A model generated the notes under the pieces. That model was not told the DNA's origin and searched no databases. It was given only the letters and a program-made list of their open reading frames with translations. A stretch of 32,000 nt of DNA from Synechocystis sp. PCC 6803 substr. PCC-P (lineage in GTDB: Bacteria > Cyanobacteriota > Cyanobacteriia > Cyanobacteriales > Microcystaceae), in NCBI RefSeq assembly GCF_000284455.1, contig NC_017039.1:2610001-2642000 (forward strand), in the 5' to 3' direction. The position numbers were made by a program, and so were the translations under genes. This document shows positions 10,353 through 19,950 of the stretch, one piece after another (position 1 is the stretch's first letter; the number at the start of each line of letters is the position of its first letter).

Positions 10353-10808
10353 ATGGCAACCTTCTTGGCCCTATTACCCCGCTCCCTAACCACATTTCTG
10401 TATGCTGTAGCGGCATTATTGAGGTTTTATGGCAACATCGACACCACCCCCTTCCAACTCATCCCCTTTACCATCCTCGAATGGAGTTTCTGGGCGTTCA
10501 CTTTGGGCACAGCGTCTTTGGTGGTTAGTCTCGGCCTTGAGTGGAACGCTGGAAATCGAAGCCGATATCAAGCGGCTCAAGCAAGAGAACGAGAAACTCG
10601 ACGAGATGATCTTGCAAACGAGGAACGAGAAAAAGCAGATCGAGAAAGAAACAGAGCAGATCAAGAAAGACAACGAGCGGCTGGCCGAGCTAGAATCCAA
10701 AATCGATTCTTCATTTCGCAAATACGGCATCAACTTACCCCTAACCCAGATACCAGATCAGCCCTGACGGATTTTCTCAGCTTTCTCCAAGAGTATGGCG
10801 AGCCCTAA
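10353..10808 (+). CDS. Cyanobacterial membrane protein with charged coiled-coil and conserved C-terminal segment, unknown function
   Basis: Two hydrophobic segments, then ARERETRRDDLANEEREKADRERNRADQERQRAAGRARIQNRFFISQIRHQLTPNPDTRSALTDFLSFLQEY. The pattern resembles a recurring cyanobacterial family, from memory. Confidence 0.65.
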   Translation: MATFLALLPRSLTTFLYAVAALLRFYGNIDTTPFQLIPFTILEWSFWAFTLGTASLVVSLGLEWNAGNRSRYQAAQARERETRRDDLANEEREKADRERNRADQERQRAAGRARIQNRFFISQIRHQLTPNPDTRSALTDFLSFLQEYGEP

Positions 10809-10824
10809 TTTATTGCCCGTGGAT

Positions 10825-11229
10825 ATGAAGATTAAGGTTTTTGTTTATGGCACCCTCATGCCGGGGGAATGTAATCACCAAGCCTACTGCCACCGTCAGA
10901 TTGAGCCCCCTACCCTGGGCTATGTGCTCGGCCAAATCTACCATCTGCAATATTTTGGTTATCCAGCTCTGGCGATCGGAGAGGACCGGGTTTGGGGCTA
11001 TTGCCTCACCTTTCCCCCTGGGTTTTCCCTAGAACACCTGGATAGTTTGGAAGATTATCAACCAGGGCGATCGCCCCAGGAGAATGTTTATGACCGTTGC
11101 TGGGCTGAGATATTTGATCCCCAGGATCAGGTAATGACAGAAGCGTGGCTTTACCGTATGGACTCTCGCAAAATTGAGCAGTATGGGGGAATTTACCTGC
11201 CCCATGGCCGTTGGTCTGGAAAGCTATAA
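10825..11229 (+). CDS. Gamma-glutamylcyclotransferase / AIG2-like protein (ORF extends upstream to 10795)
   Basis: Starts MKIKVFVYGTLMPGE; contains ILG-type YHLQYFGYPAL and LDSLEDYQ. Confidence 0.88.
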   Translation: MKIKVFVYGTLMPGECNHQAYCHRQIEPPTLGYVLGQIYHLQYFGYPALAIGEDRVWGYCLTFPPGFSLEHLDSLEDYQPGRSPQENVYDRCWAEIFDPQDQVMTEAWLYRMDSRKIEQYGGIYLPHGRWSGKL

Positions 11230-12734
11230 TTCACGGCCTGATGTCTATGCAATTCATGGAAACTGGTATGCCGGACCTACTGAATTCCCCCCAGGCGATC
11301 GCCTCAGCCTTGGAATTTTCTTTAAAAAATGGCTTGGGAATTTTAGGGCAAGAATTACCCCTTGATTGGCAAATATGGGAAGAAGAATACGAGCAAAGTT
11401 TGACAGGAATTGAATCTCCCCAGATTTTGTTAGCGGAGACAAATGTGGGCAAATTTTGGGCAGCGGTGGTGGCTTTTTTGCGGGTCGGCCGGGGGACGTT
11501 ATTCATTGCTAATCATCAATGGCAACAAAGGGAATGGCAACAAGTGGCCCAATTTTTGCAACCCGATCGCCTCTGGGGATCATTAATGTGGCAACAGCAG
11601 TGGTTAAAGCTCACCGATAGTAATTCAGAATTAACTTCCGTTCACCACAAAACTAACACTCCGAAAAACCAACTAGAAGGGAAAAGCCCAGAACTATTAA
11701 TTGGTTTTCCCACCGGCGGTTCTTCAGGCACAATCCGTTTTGCCCTCCACAGTCCCCAGACTTTGACCATGGCAGTGGACGGTTTAAAGCAGTTCCTTGG
11801 CCCCCTGTTACCTAGGAATGGCCAAATTAATAGTTTTTGTCTGCTTCCCCTGTACCATGTGGGGGGCTTTATGCAATGGTGGCGATCGGCCTTAACTGGA
11901 GGGAATTTTAGCCCTCTGGATTACAGCTTAGTGAAACAATCTGCCCCTCCTTTTCCCCCCGATTATGTCACCTCTTTAGTGCCCACCCAGTTGGAGTATT
12001 TGCTCGATCGCCATGGTGCCTGGTTAAAAAATTTCCGGCTAATTTTTTTAGGGGGAGCTCCGGCCTGGCCCGCACTCTTGGCCAAAGCAAAAACGGCAAG
12101 CCTTAACCTAGCGCCCACCTATGGCATGACGGAAACTGCGGCCCAAATTGCCACCCTTACCCCGGCAGAATTTCTGGCCGGCCAAACGGGTGTCGGAAAG
12201 TTGTTGCCCCATGTTCAATTGACCATTACCAACTCCAAAGATGAAATGGTTGCCCCCGGCACAGTGGGCCTTATCAACATCCAATCCCGTGCTTTATTCA
12301 AAGGTTATGTCCCCCAGAATGAAAACTCCAGCCGGGAAATTTTCACCACCGGGGATTTAGGTTATTGCCACAACGGTTATCTTCATATCACCGGTCGTCG
12401 GGGTCGGCGTCTCATCAGCGGCGGAGAAAATATTGATCCAGAGGACATAGAAGCTCTCTTGCTCGATCGCCATTTAGTCCAAGATGTGGTCATCGTCGGA
12501 GTTGGCGATCGCCATTGGGGAGAAATGTTAGTAGCAGTCTATGTACCTAACCCGGGTCCGGGGAATGATGTTTCCACCCTGAGCCAGTGTGTCAAAGCTC
12601 AGTTAAGTAAACCGAAATGTCCGAAGCATTGGTTGCCCGTTTCGACCCTACGGCGATCGCCCTTGGGCAAATTAAACTACCAATTTTGGCAAACTTGGGC
12701 TACGGAGCAACTAGGGGTCGAAGAGGAGGAGTAA
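11211..12734 (+). CDS. menE: O-succinylbenzoate-CoA ligase-type AMP-forming enzyme (exact start uncertain; 11241 or 11247 also possible)
   Basis: AMP-binding motif GFPTGGSSGTIRFA, LAPTYGMTETAAQ, FTTGDLGY..GYLHITGRRGRRLISGGENIDPEDIEALLL, C-terminal PLGKLNY. Confidence 0.88.
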   Translation: MVWKAIIHGLMSMQFMETGMPDLLNSPQAIASALEFSLKNGLGILGQELPLDWQIWEEEYEQSLTGIESPQILLAETNVGKFWAAVVAFLRVGRGTLFIANHQWQQREWQQVAQFLQPDRLWGSLMWQQQWLKLTDSNSELTSVHHKTNTPKNQLEGKSPELLIGFPTGGSSGTIRFALHSPQTLTMAVDGLKQFLGPLLPRNGQINSFCLLPLYHVGGFMQWWRSALTGGNFSPLDYSLVKQSAPPFPPDYVTSLVPTQLEYLLDRHGAWLKNFRLIFLGGAPAWPALLAKAKTASLNLAPTYGMTETAAQIATLTPAEFLAGQTGVGKLLPHVQLTITNSKDEMVAPGTVGLINIQSRALFKGYVPQNENSSREIFTTGDLGYCHNGYLHITGRRGRRLISGGENIDPEDIEALLLDRHLVQDVVIVGVGDRHWGEMLVAVYVPNPGPGNDVSTLSQCVKAQLSKPKCPKHWLPVSTLRRSPLGKLNYQFWQTWATEQLGVEEEE

Positions 12735-12921
12735 CAGCAATAACCTGTGAGTATGGTTTATTTACCGACTTTGCCTAGGATTCAAGTAAGTCGGGGTAAA
12801 CAAATTTTTGACGTTGATTGGTGCTGTCCCCATAGGAACCTAAACCCTAACTAAGCCGTTGTGTTAGCCTGGGTTAGAAAAAATTGTCGATGCGGTTAAT
12901 TGTTGTTGAGGAAAAAGATTA

Positions 12922-13308
12922 ATGATTGCCACTCCCCTTGCCCAAGCTGCCACCACCCCCAGTCATTTACCCACGGAAACCAGACCTTGGGGTTCTTTTA
13001 CCACCCTGGAGGAGGGCAACGGTTACAAAATCAAACGCATCGAGGTCAACCCCGGCCATCGTCTCAGCCTACAAATGCACCATCATCGCAGTGAGCATTG
13101 GATTGTAGTCTCCGGCACCGCCCGCATCGTTTGTGGAGATAAAGAAGAACTTTTGGAACCAAATCAGTCCACCTATGTGCCCCAATGCACTGCCCATCGT
13201 CTGGAAAACCCTGGGGTAATTAAATTAGTTTTAATTGAAGTGCAGAATGGGGAATATCTGGGGGAAGACGATATTATCCGTTTTCAGGATGACTACGCCC
13301 GCGGCTAA
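12922..13308 (+). CDS. Mannose-6-phosphate isomerase-like cupin
   Basis: TRPWGSFTTLEEGNGYKIKRIEVNPGHRLSLQMHHHRSEHWIVVSGTA..LEPNQSTYVPQCTAHRLENPG, a type II M6P isomerase cupin. Confidence 0.92.
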   Translation: MIATPLAQAATTPSHLPTETRPWGSFTTLEEGNGYKIKRIEVNPGHRLSLQMHHHRSEHWIVVSGTARIVCGDKEELLEPNQSTYVPQCTAHRLENPGVIKLVLIEVQNGEYLGEDDIIRFQDDYARG

Positions 13309-14306
13309 TTACGACCAGTGGATTTTGGGCTAGCGGCCATCAATTCGGCAATGGTTTGGCAATGGGCCGGTAAGCCTAACTGGGCTGGAGCAACGGGGTT
13401 GGGATAGGTGAAATGGCGATAATCCAGGCAAAACCTATCCCAGTCCGCCATTTGAATGCGGAACAGCTTGATGAAAATATTGGCCAAGGTAAGAGAGAGG
13501 GGAATTTGAAAGTAGATTTTCTGGCGATGATACTGGCAAACCTGACGGATACCTTCCGTGGCGGTGAGGGGAGCATTACCTAGCACCACATCAATTCGTT
13601 TCTGGGGGGGATTGTCAACGTAATAGGCCACCACCCGAGCTATATCCCTACCGTGGATGAAGTGGAAGCTTCCATCGGCCCGGAACCAACGGATCAGGGG
13701 TAACCAACGCAAAATTTCCCCCAATCCGCCGGAAAGATGGGAATAGGGTTTACTGGGTTCGCCGCCAAAGACCAGGGTGGGATAAACCACTGTGATTTTG
13801 TTAGCCATGGCTTCGGCAATGGGGGTGACTTCCGGTGGAGAATCATGGTGGGATTCCAACGCCTGATGACAGAGATATTTGGTGCGGATATAGTCAGTGC
13901 CCAAACTTCCTGCTTCTGGTAGTGGTTGCCCTTGGCGGTCCAAAATGCTGGCGGTGGAAAAATAAATTACCTGTTCGCACCGTTCTGGGTTGAGTAAATT
14001 AATCAAAGTCAGGGTTTTGACCACGTTAATGTTGTAGGTCTCCTGGCGATCTCCCCAACTGGTGGCAATGAGAATGGCGCAGTCCATGGTTTGCAGCAAG
14101 TCTGCGTGGGCTTCAATGGTGCCCATGTCACCGGGGATTAAATGAATATTACTCCTCAGCTTGGGATCAAATTGGAGTTTATCGGGATTTCTCACCAGTA
14201 GGAATAGCTCATGGTCTGTGCCTTGGATTAATTCATCCGCTAAATAGTGGCCAATGCAACCACTGATCCCGGTGATAAAAATGCGTTTTAAACTAGCCAT
14301 GCCCAT
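13305..14306 (-). CDS. NAD-dependent epimerase/dehydratase (start may be at 14300)
   Basis: Rossmann start KRIFITGISGCIGHYLADELI; YFSTASIL / YIRTKYLCHQAL; extended SDR family. Confidence 0.88.
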   Translation of the reverse strand: MGMASLKRIFITGISGCIGHYLADELIQGTDHELFLLVRNPDKLQFDPKLRSNIHLIPGDMGTIEAHADLLQTMDCAILIATSWGDRQETYNINVVKTLTLINLLNPERCEQVIYFSTASILDRQGQPLPEAGSLGTDYIRTKYLCHQALESHHDSPPEVTPIAEAMANKITVVYPTLVFGGEPSKPYSHLSGGLGEILRWLPLIRWFRADGSFHFIHGRDIARVVAYYVDNPPQKRIDVVLGNAPLTATEGIRQVCQYHRQKIYFQIPLSLTLANIFIKLFRIQMADWDRFCLDYRHFTYPNPVAPAQLGLPAHCQTIAELMAASPKSTGRN

Positions 14307-14399
14307 ACACTCCCCAGAAATAAATTAATTTTGCTCACCCTAACCAAAAAAGGCGATCGCCAAATCCTTGCCATTATTGTTTTGCAATCAACATTGGCT

Positions 14400-15701
14400 T
14401 TAGGACAGCACCCGGATCACACTAGGAATTTCCTTCACTGCTTCTAGTTGGCTAATTTCCTCCAGGGCGGCCCGGTAATCCCCTTCCCGCACATCATGGG
14501 TAACGACGACAATTTCTGCACAGCCATCGGTGAAGCCAATTTGCACTAGGGATTCTAAGCTAACCCCGTGGTTGCCAAAACCCATGCCTAAATGGCCAAT
14601 TACCCCCGGCACGTCAGCACAGAGGAAGCGGCAATAAAAACGGGTAACTAGATCTTCAATGGGGGAAACCTGGCAGTAGTGTTGGTGGGTGCAACTGAGC
14701 AGGGGATCAAGGGCAGGATTTTCGTCACTGCTGGTAATAATGCCAACAATGTTAATTACATCGGATACCACCGCACTGGCAGTGGGGCCAGCTCCCGCTC
14801 CCCGACCGTAGAACATTACTTGCCCCAGGGGATCTCCAGTCACCAACACACCGTTGTAAACTCCATTAACGCTGGCGAGGGGATGATCCTTGGCGATTAA
14901 AGTGGGATGTACCCGCAGTTGCAATGCTTCTGAATCTTCCCCCGCATTACCATCGGCGATCGCCAGTAGTTTAATCACAAAGCCCAGGCGATCGGCGTAG
15001 GCAATATCCACCGCACTAACGGATCTAATGCCTTCACAGGCCACATCTTCCCGTTTAACCCGGCCGCCAAAACCGAGGGAAGCAAGGATGGCAATTTTGT
15101 CCGCCGCATCCAATCCATCCACATCGGCACTGGGATCCGCTTCGGCATAACCCAATTGTTGAGCGGCCGTTAATACCTCGTCAAAATCCGCCCCCTCACT
15201 GGTCATGCGGGAAAGAATATAGTTAGTGGTGCCATTGAGAATACCGACGATACTTTGGATGCGGTTGCCTCCCAGGGATTGCTTGAGGGGCTTAATGATG
15301 GGAATGCCGCCCCCCACCGCCGCTTCCAGGAGGACATAAACGCCGTGTTGATTGGCCGCTTCGTAAATTTCTGGGCCGTAACGGGCAATGACCGCTTTGT
15401 TGGCGGTGACAATGTGTTTTTTATGGGCGATCGCCTGGAGAATGAGGGATCTAGCGGGTTCCAATCCTCCCATCAACTCCACCACAATGGCAATGTCAGG
15501 ATCGGTGACAATGGCTTCTAGGTCGGTGGTCAAAACCTCCGGCGGCAAATTTACTTGGCGGGGTTTATCCAAGGAACGCACCCCCACTGCTTTAACCTCA
15601 ATGGCTTTGAGCAGGGGACTACGACCCTGCGGATCCTGCAAAATTTCCACTGTGCCACTGCCGACGGTACCTAGACCGAGTAAACCAATTTTAACTGTCA
15701 C
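14400..15701 (-). CDS. hom: Homoserine dehydrogenase
   Basis: KIGLLGLGTVGSGTVEIL, VTANKAVIA, GGGIPIIKPLKQSL, GILNGTTNYIL, C-terminal ACT domain. Confidence 0.95.
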   Translation of the reverse strand: MTVKIGLLGLGTVGSGTVEILQDPQGRSPLLKAIEVKAVGVRSLDKPRQVNLPPEVLTTDLEAIVTDPDIAIVVELMGGLEPARSLILQAIAHKKHIVTANKAVIARYGPEIYEAANQHGVYVLLEAAVGGGIPIIKPLKQSLGGNRIQSIVGILNGTTNYILSRMTSEGADFDEVLTAAQQLGYAEADPSADVDGLDAADKIAILASLGFGGRVKREDVACEGIRSVSAVDIAYADRLGFVIKLLAIADGNAGEDSEALQLRVHPTLIAKDHPLASVNGVYNGVLVTGDPLGQVMFYGRGAGAGPTASAVVSDVINIVGIITSSDENPALDPLLSCTHQHYCQVSPIEDLVTRFYCRFLCADVPGVIGHLGMGFGNHGVSLESLVQIGFTDGCAEIVVVTHDVREGDYRAALEEISQLEAVKEIPSVIRVLS

Positions 15702-15828
15702 AATTTTCCTCCCGTTGCCTTTCCTTTCTTTAGGTTACTGGCGATCGGCTCCCCATTCTATCTGGACTTGGGCAGGGAAAAGAATACTGAAACTCTTTGA
15801 TTGTTCAAAACGCTGTTTAAACTGACCT

Positions 15829-16569
15829 GTGCTCCCCCAGCCCCAAATTTGGCTTTGTCCCACCGATCGCCCCTTAATTCCGGGTTATCAAGCCCTATTA
15901 AGTTCCGAAGAAATGGCCCGGGGGGAACGCTACCAACGGCCCCAGGATAAGCAACGATTTTTGACTATGCGGTTAGCTTTACGCATACTCCTAGCCCGTC
16001 AGCTTGACTGTTTGCCCCAGCAATTACAGTTCACCTATGGCCCCCAAGGTAAGCCGGAGTTAGTGGACAGGGAGCGGAGATCGCCATGGTTTAACGTGGC
16101 CCATAGCGGGAATTATGGTTTGATTGGCTTAAGTACAGAGGGGGAAATTGGGGTTGATTTGCAAATTATGCTCCCTAAACCCCACTACTTAAAATTAGCA
16201 AAGCGTTTTTTTGCTCCCCAGGAAGTTCAGCAATTGGAAAGTTTAGAGGGGGAAAAAAGAACTAAACTGTTTTACCAACTTTGGACAGCGAAGGAAGCAT
16301 TTTTAAAAGCTACAGGGAAGGGCATTAGCGGTGGCTTGAATCAAGTTATACCAGACGAAAATTTAGCTAAATATCAGTACTTACCGGATAGCGGAGATAC
16401 AAACCATTGGCGATTATCTAGTCAACCTTTGTTAGCGGATCAAGGGAGCAACGATAATTATTGGATGGCGATCGCCTGGTGCACTAACGAGGTCAACCAA
16501 GTTGAGTCTAATTACTTACCCAATATTCAGCCATTCCAGTGGCCCCGTAACCTTGATTCATTGCCCTAG
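15829..16569 (+). CDS. Sfp-type 4'-phosphopantetheinyl transferase (HetI-like)
   Basis: FNVAHSGNYGLIGLSTEGEIGVDLQ and FYQLWTAKEAFLKATGKG motifs. Confidence 0.92.
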   Translation: MLPQPQIWLCPTDRPLIPGYQALLSSEEMARGERYQRPQDKQRFLTMRLALRILLARQLDCLPQQLQFTYGPQGKPELVDRERRSPWFNVAHSGNYGLIGLSTEGEIGVDLQIMLPKPHYLKLAKRFFAPQEVQQLESLEGEKRTKLFYQLWTAKEAFLKATGKGISGGLNQVIPDENLAKYQYLPDSGDTNHWRLSSQPLLADQGSNDNYWMAIAWCTNEVNQVESNYLPNIQPFQWPRNLDSLP

Positions 16570-16609
16570 TTTCGTTACCTTGGGCCGACGGCCTTAATCC
16601 TGTGAAACC

Positions 16610-16939
16610 ATGGAAAATCCCCTGCAAAAAGTGGAAGCGGCCATTAACCATCAAGTTAATGAAACGGTGCGCCAAACCAGCGACAAATTCTATGGCCAGC
16701 TAGAAAAAATTGTCCATAAAGAATTGACCAGCGATCATTTGGAAAGAATCATCGCTGATGCGGTGGCCCAAACCTTGCGAAAACTGGCTTGGCAGTACTG
16801 GTACTTGCTCATAGGGGCCGCCTGTGGGCTGTTGGTAATTCAGGCCTTACTGCTGAGAGTGGTACTTAAAGACACTAATTCCTGTGTGGAGTCTGCGCCG
16901 AGATCAGCATCACCATCCCTGAATGTTCCCCAGCGCTGA
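16610..16939 (+). CDS. Hypothetical membrane-anchored protein
   Basis: 110-aa ORF with a hydrophobic segment YWYLLIGAACGLLVIQALLLRVVL. Its stop codon lies inside the MITE-like element. Confidence 0.75.
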   Translation: MENPLQKVEAAINHQVNETVRQTSDKFYGQLEKIVHKELTSDHLERIIADAVAQTLRKLAWQYWYLLIGAACGLLVIQALLLRVVLKDTNSCVESAPRSASPSLNVPQR

Positions 16940-17069
16940 GAATCTGTTTGAAAAGTTTTATTTTGTCCCCTAAATCTCCTCATTAAATCTTCGACAATGC
17001 TGGGGCACTTTTATTTTTAACTTCCCCCCAAACTTGGGGGCCAGGGGGGCTTTTCAAACACGCTCTGAG
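16936..17069. repeat. MITE-like element, about 134 bp, with imperfect terminal inverted repeats
   Basis: Left end CTGAGAATCTGTTTGAAAAG (16936-16955). Reverse complement of right end CTCAGAGCGTGTTTGAAAAG (17050-17069). 16/20 identical. No ORF inside; contains a G/C-run hairpin CCCCCAAACTTGGGGG. Confidence 0.7.
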
Positions 17070-17097
17070 AGTTAATTAGTTGATCAATTTTAAAACA

Positions 17098-18093
17098 TTA
17101 AAACTGCCGCAGAAACCGCAGATCACTGTTATAGAGCCGACGAATATCGTCAATTTGGTGCAACACCATGGCAAATCGCTCTACCCCAAAGCCTGCGGCA
17201 AAGCCAGTGTAAACTTCCGGGTCATAACCCACTGCTTCCATTACGTTGGGGTCCACCATGCCACAGCCCATCACCTCTAGCCATTTACCCTGCCATTGCA
17301 CATCCACTTCCGCTGAGGGTTCGGTAAAGGGAAAATAACTAGCCCGAAAGCGAATCGGCAATGCTTCCCCAAACATTTGTTTGATAAAAGCCTGAATGGT
17401 GCCTTTCAAATGGGTGAAAGCTAAACCTTTATCGATCGCCAATAGTTCTACTTGATGAAATACAGCAGAGTGGGTGGCATCCACCGTATCCCGCCGATAA
17501 ACTCGACCAGGGGCCACAATGCGGATGGGGGGATCATGCTTCTCCATGTAACGGATTTGCACCGGGGAAGTGTGGGTACGGAGCAGACGACCATCTTTTA
17601 AAAAGAAGGTATCCTGCATATCCCGAGCGGGGTGGTCAGCGGGAATATTTAACGCTTCAAAGTTGTAATAATCCGTTTCCACTTGGGGCCCCGTAGCGAC
17701 GGTGTAGCCCAAACCGACAAAAATATCCAACACCCGGTCAACGGTGCTGTTGAGGGGATGGCGACGGCCCTGGGGACGGTAACTGCCCGCCATGGTCACA
17801 TCTAAAGTTTCCGCCGCTAGCTGAGCTTCGATCGCCGCATTTTGTAGATTGGCTTTGCGGGATTCCAAATCATGCTGGAGTGCCTCTTTTACCTCATTGG
17901 CGATCGCCCCAAATTTAGGTCTTTCCTCCGCAGAAAGTTTACCCATACCTTTAAGAATCAGGGACAATTCCCCTTTTTTCCCTAGGTATTGCACCCGCAA
18001 TTTATCCAACCCATCCAGGTCGTCACAACCGCTGATCGCCGCCTGGGCAGACTGTTGCAGGGATTTTAAATCGGCTTCCAAAGAAATAGTCAT
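17098..18093 (-). CDS. pheS: Phenylalanyl-tRNA synthetase alpha subunit
   Basis: [85 protein letters not shown]. Confidence 0.97.
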
Positions 18094-18295
18094 GGAAAAA
18101 TGGGTCTCTCGTAATTCCGCCCTAGCAAAGGCCTTGTTTATGGGGATGGATCAAATACTGATTAGCGCTGGTCAGGTTGATCAACAGGGGATAATTGGTC
18201 TTTCCTCGGCCATGGTCAAGGCCAACATCGGCTAAACCTAGGAAAAATCGCCCGTTACCGATTCTACCCCAGCAGAGAGCGCAAATCCTTTGTTA

Positions 18296-18898
18296 TCAAG
18301 AGCTAATCCTTGGCACCAGGGGAATCTGCCGCAACTTAATGCCGGGAATGGTGAACTGTTGTTCGATCTGATTTGGCTCTAGGGGAATCGTCTCAGTAAA
18401 CTTGGACTGGCTTGTGGATAACACCCCCAACACACTCAGGGGCACCTGCAAAAATAAATTGGCCATCAAATAGGCGATCGCCGCTAGCCCAACCCCTGCC
18501 AAACGAATCTGGGGCAAATCCGTCACCCAAGGATAGGCGATCGGAGCGTAGTAATACACCAGCCACAATAGACCCAGACTAATTATTCCCCCAAACAAAG
18601 TAATCCATCGTTGTTGGCTCCGTTTAAACAAACTTAAAATTCGCAGTTGGTCTTCCCCCAAACTATCCTGGCGCAGAGCAATGATCAGCAAACTAAAAAT
18701 CTCAAAGGGCTTAAACCATTGCATCACCATCACTGGCAACCAACCCACTGCAATTAAGAAAATTAGTTCCAGGCCATAAACAGAAAAAGGGGTTCCCAGC
18801 GCTAACCCCAACATCATGGTTAACAGGGCCAATGGCACCACCACAATCCCCGCCAAATGAATCCAGAGAAATGGTTCTGCCCGAAAAGATGCGCCCAT
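18296..18898 (-). CDS. Conserved cyanobacterial membrane protein, unknown function
   Basis: 200-aa ORF with four or more hydrophobic segments, opening FRAEPFLWIHLAGIVVVPLALL. Confidence 0.8.
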   Translation of the reverse strand: MGASFRAEPFLWIHLAGIVVVPLALLTMMLGLALGTPFSVYGLELIFLIAVGWLPVMVMQWFKPFEIFSLLIIALRQDSLGEDQLRILSLFKRSQQRWITLFGGIISLGLLWLVYYYAPIAYPWVTDLPQIRLAGVGLAAIAYLMANLFLQVPLSVLGVLSTSQSKFTETIPLEPNQIEQQFTIPGIKLRQIPLVPRISS

Positions 18899-19033
18899 GG
18901 TTTAAATGCCTAATTGCTGATCTGGTAGTTGTACCGCACTGCGTCTAATAATACCAAATTGCCTTGGCCCAGAGCTTTTGAGTTAGATTATTTTTTCAAG
19001 ATTATTAGAAATACTGATTGGAGTAGTGATGGA

Positions 19034-19435
19034 TCAAAGCCAGTTTTCAACGGACAGACCAGGCATCCGTTTAAACTCTCCAGTATTGTCAGTTACGAGA
19101 ATCAAATTAGCGTAAATAGCTTGACTAGCAATTAAAAGAGCATTGCCACCTATGGGAGTTCCCTGGTGTTCTAAAATAGCTCTGATTTTGCCATACACTT
19201 TCTCCATGCCCGCAAGCATTGGCGCAATGGGAACCAAGTCTAGAATTAAGTTAACCCTTTCCTGTAGCCTTTTTGATTGTTTTTTCTCCGCACCAAAAGC
19301 TAATTCACAAGCCACGATAATACTTGTGGAGATGTTAGCTTCCCCTACCTCTTTAATTTTGAAGAAAATCGTTCCGTTAGGATGACGAATCAAATTAGAA
19401 AGTATATTTCTGTCTAGCAAATAAGGATACTGCAC
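19034..19435 (-). CDS. PIN-domain (VapC-like) toxin
   Basis: YLLDRNILSNLIR, VACELAFGA, GTPIGGNALLIASQAI, LILVTDNTGEFKRMPGLSVENW, a VapC architecture. It follows the antitoxin by 2 bp. Confidence 0.88.
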   Translation of the reverse strand: MQYPYLLDRNILSNLIRHPNGTIFFKIKEVGEANISTSIIVACELAFGAEKKQSKRLQERVNLILDLVPIAPMLAGMEKVYGKIRAILEHQGTPIGGNALLIASQAIYANLILVTDNTGEFKRMPGLSVENWL

Positions 19436-19437
19436 AC

Positions 19438-19677
19438 TTATAAATTAATATTATCTAGAGGAAGATTGTCAGTAAAATTTTCGGGAAAACTTTCTTCTAT
19501 GTCATCCAAAAGAACCAGTTTGGCCAATAGAGAGGGTTGGGGAAGAGGCTCTATAATTAGGCGGCCATCCTGGCAATAAATTTCCACTTCGGTGGCATTG
19601 AGACGAAGATCTTCTGGTAGTGTTAGACTCTGACTTTTGCCACGGGAATCCAGTTTAACAACATAGGTTGAAGACAT
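19438..19677 (-). CDS. AbrB/MazE/VapB-type antitoxin (ORF extends upstream to 19695)
   Basis: MSSTYVVKLDSRGKSQSLTLPEDLRLNATEVEIYCQDGRLIIEPL, resembling a VapB swapped-hairpin N-terminus, immediately upstream of the PIN gene. Confidence 0.85.
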   Translation of the reverse strand: MSSTYVVKLDSRGKSQSLTLPEDLRLNATEVEIYCQDGRLIIEPLPQPSLLAKLVLLDDIEESFPENFTDNLPLDNINL

Positions 19678-19950
19678 AGTTACAGATCTTTTCATGGAAA
19701 TAATTTTAGCTCAGCCTTGGGTAGTTAAAATTTTCTTACTAGGTCAGTTTGCGAGGTGATGGGAGCGATAATTCAAGGGGAAAATTATGACTCTATAGTC
19801 TTAGGAATCTAAACTTAGTCTAGTCATACCTATCAGTCATAATTCTAGCAAGGGTTTCTACCCAAAGTAAGAATCCCCGAAAAGCTTATCAGGGAAGCCT
19901 CGAGGACAAAAAATGAATTTAGGATAAATCTAAATCTGGATTGCGATTAA

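Noticed and set aside
19740-19950. AT-rich intergenic region upstream of the TA operon and downstream of nhaS3 with an inverted-looking patch (aatccccgaaaagcttatcagggaagcc)
   Set aside because: Pairing is weak and there is no clear U-tract, so I cannot support a terminator or ncRNA call.
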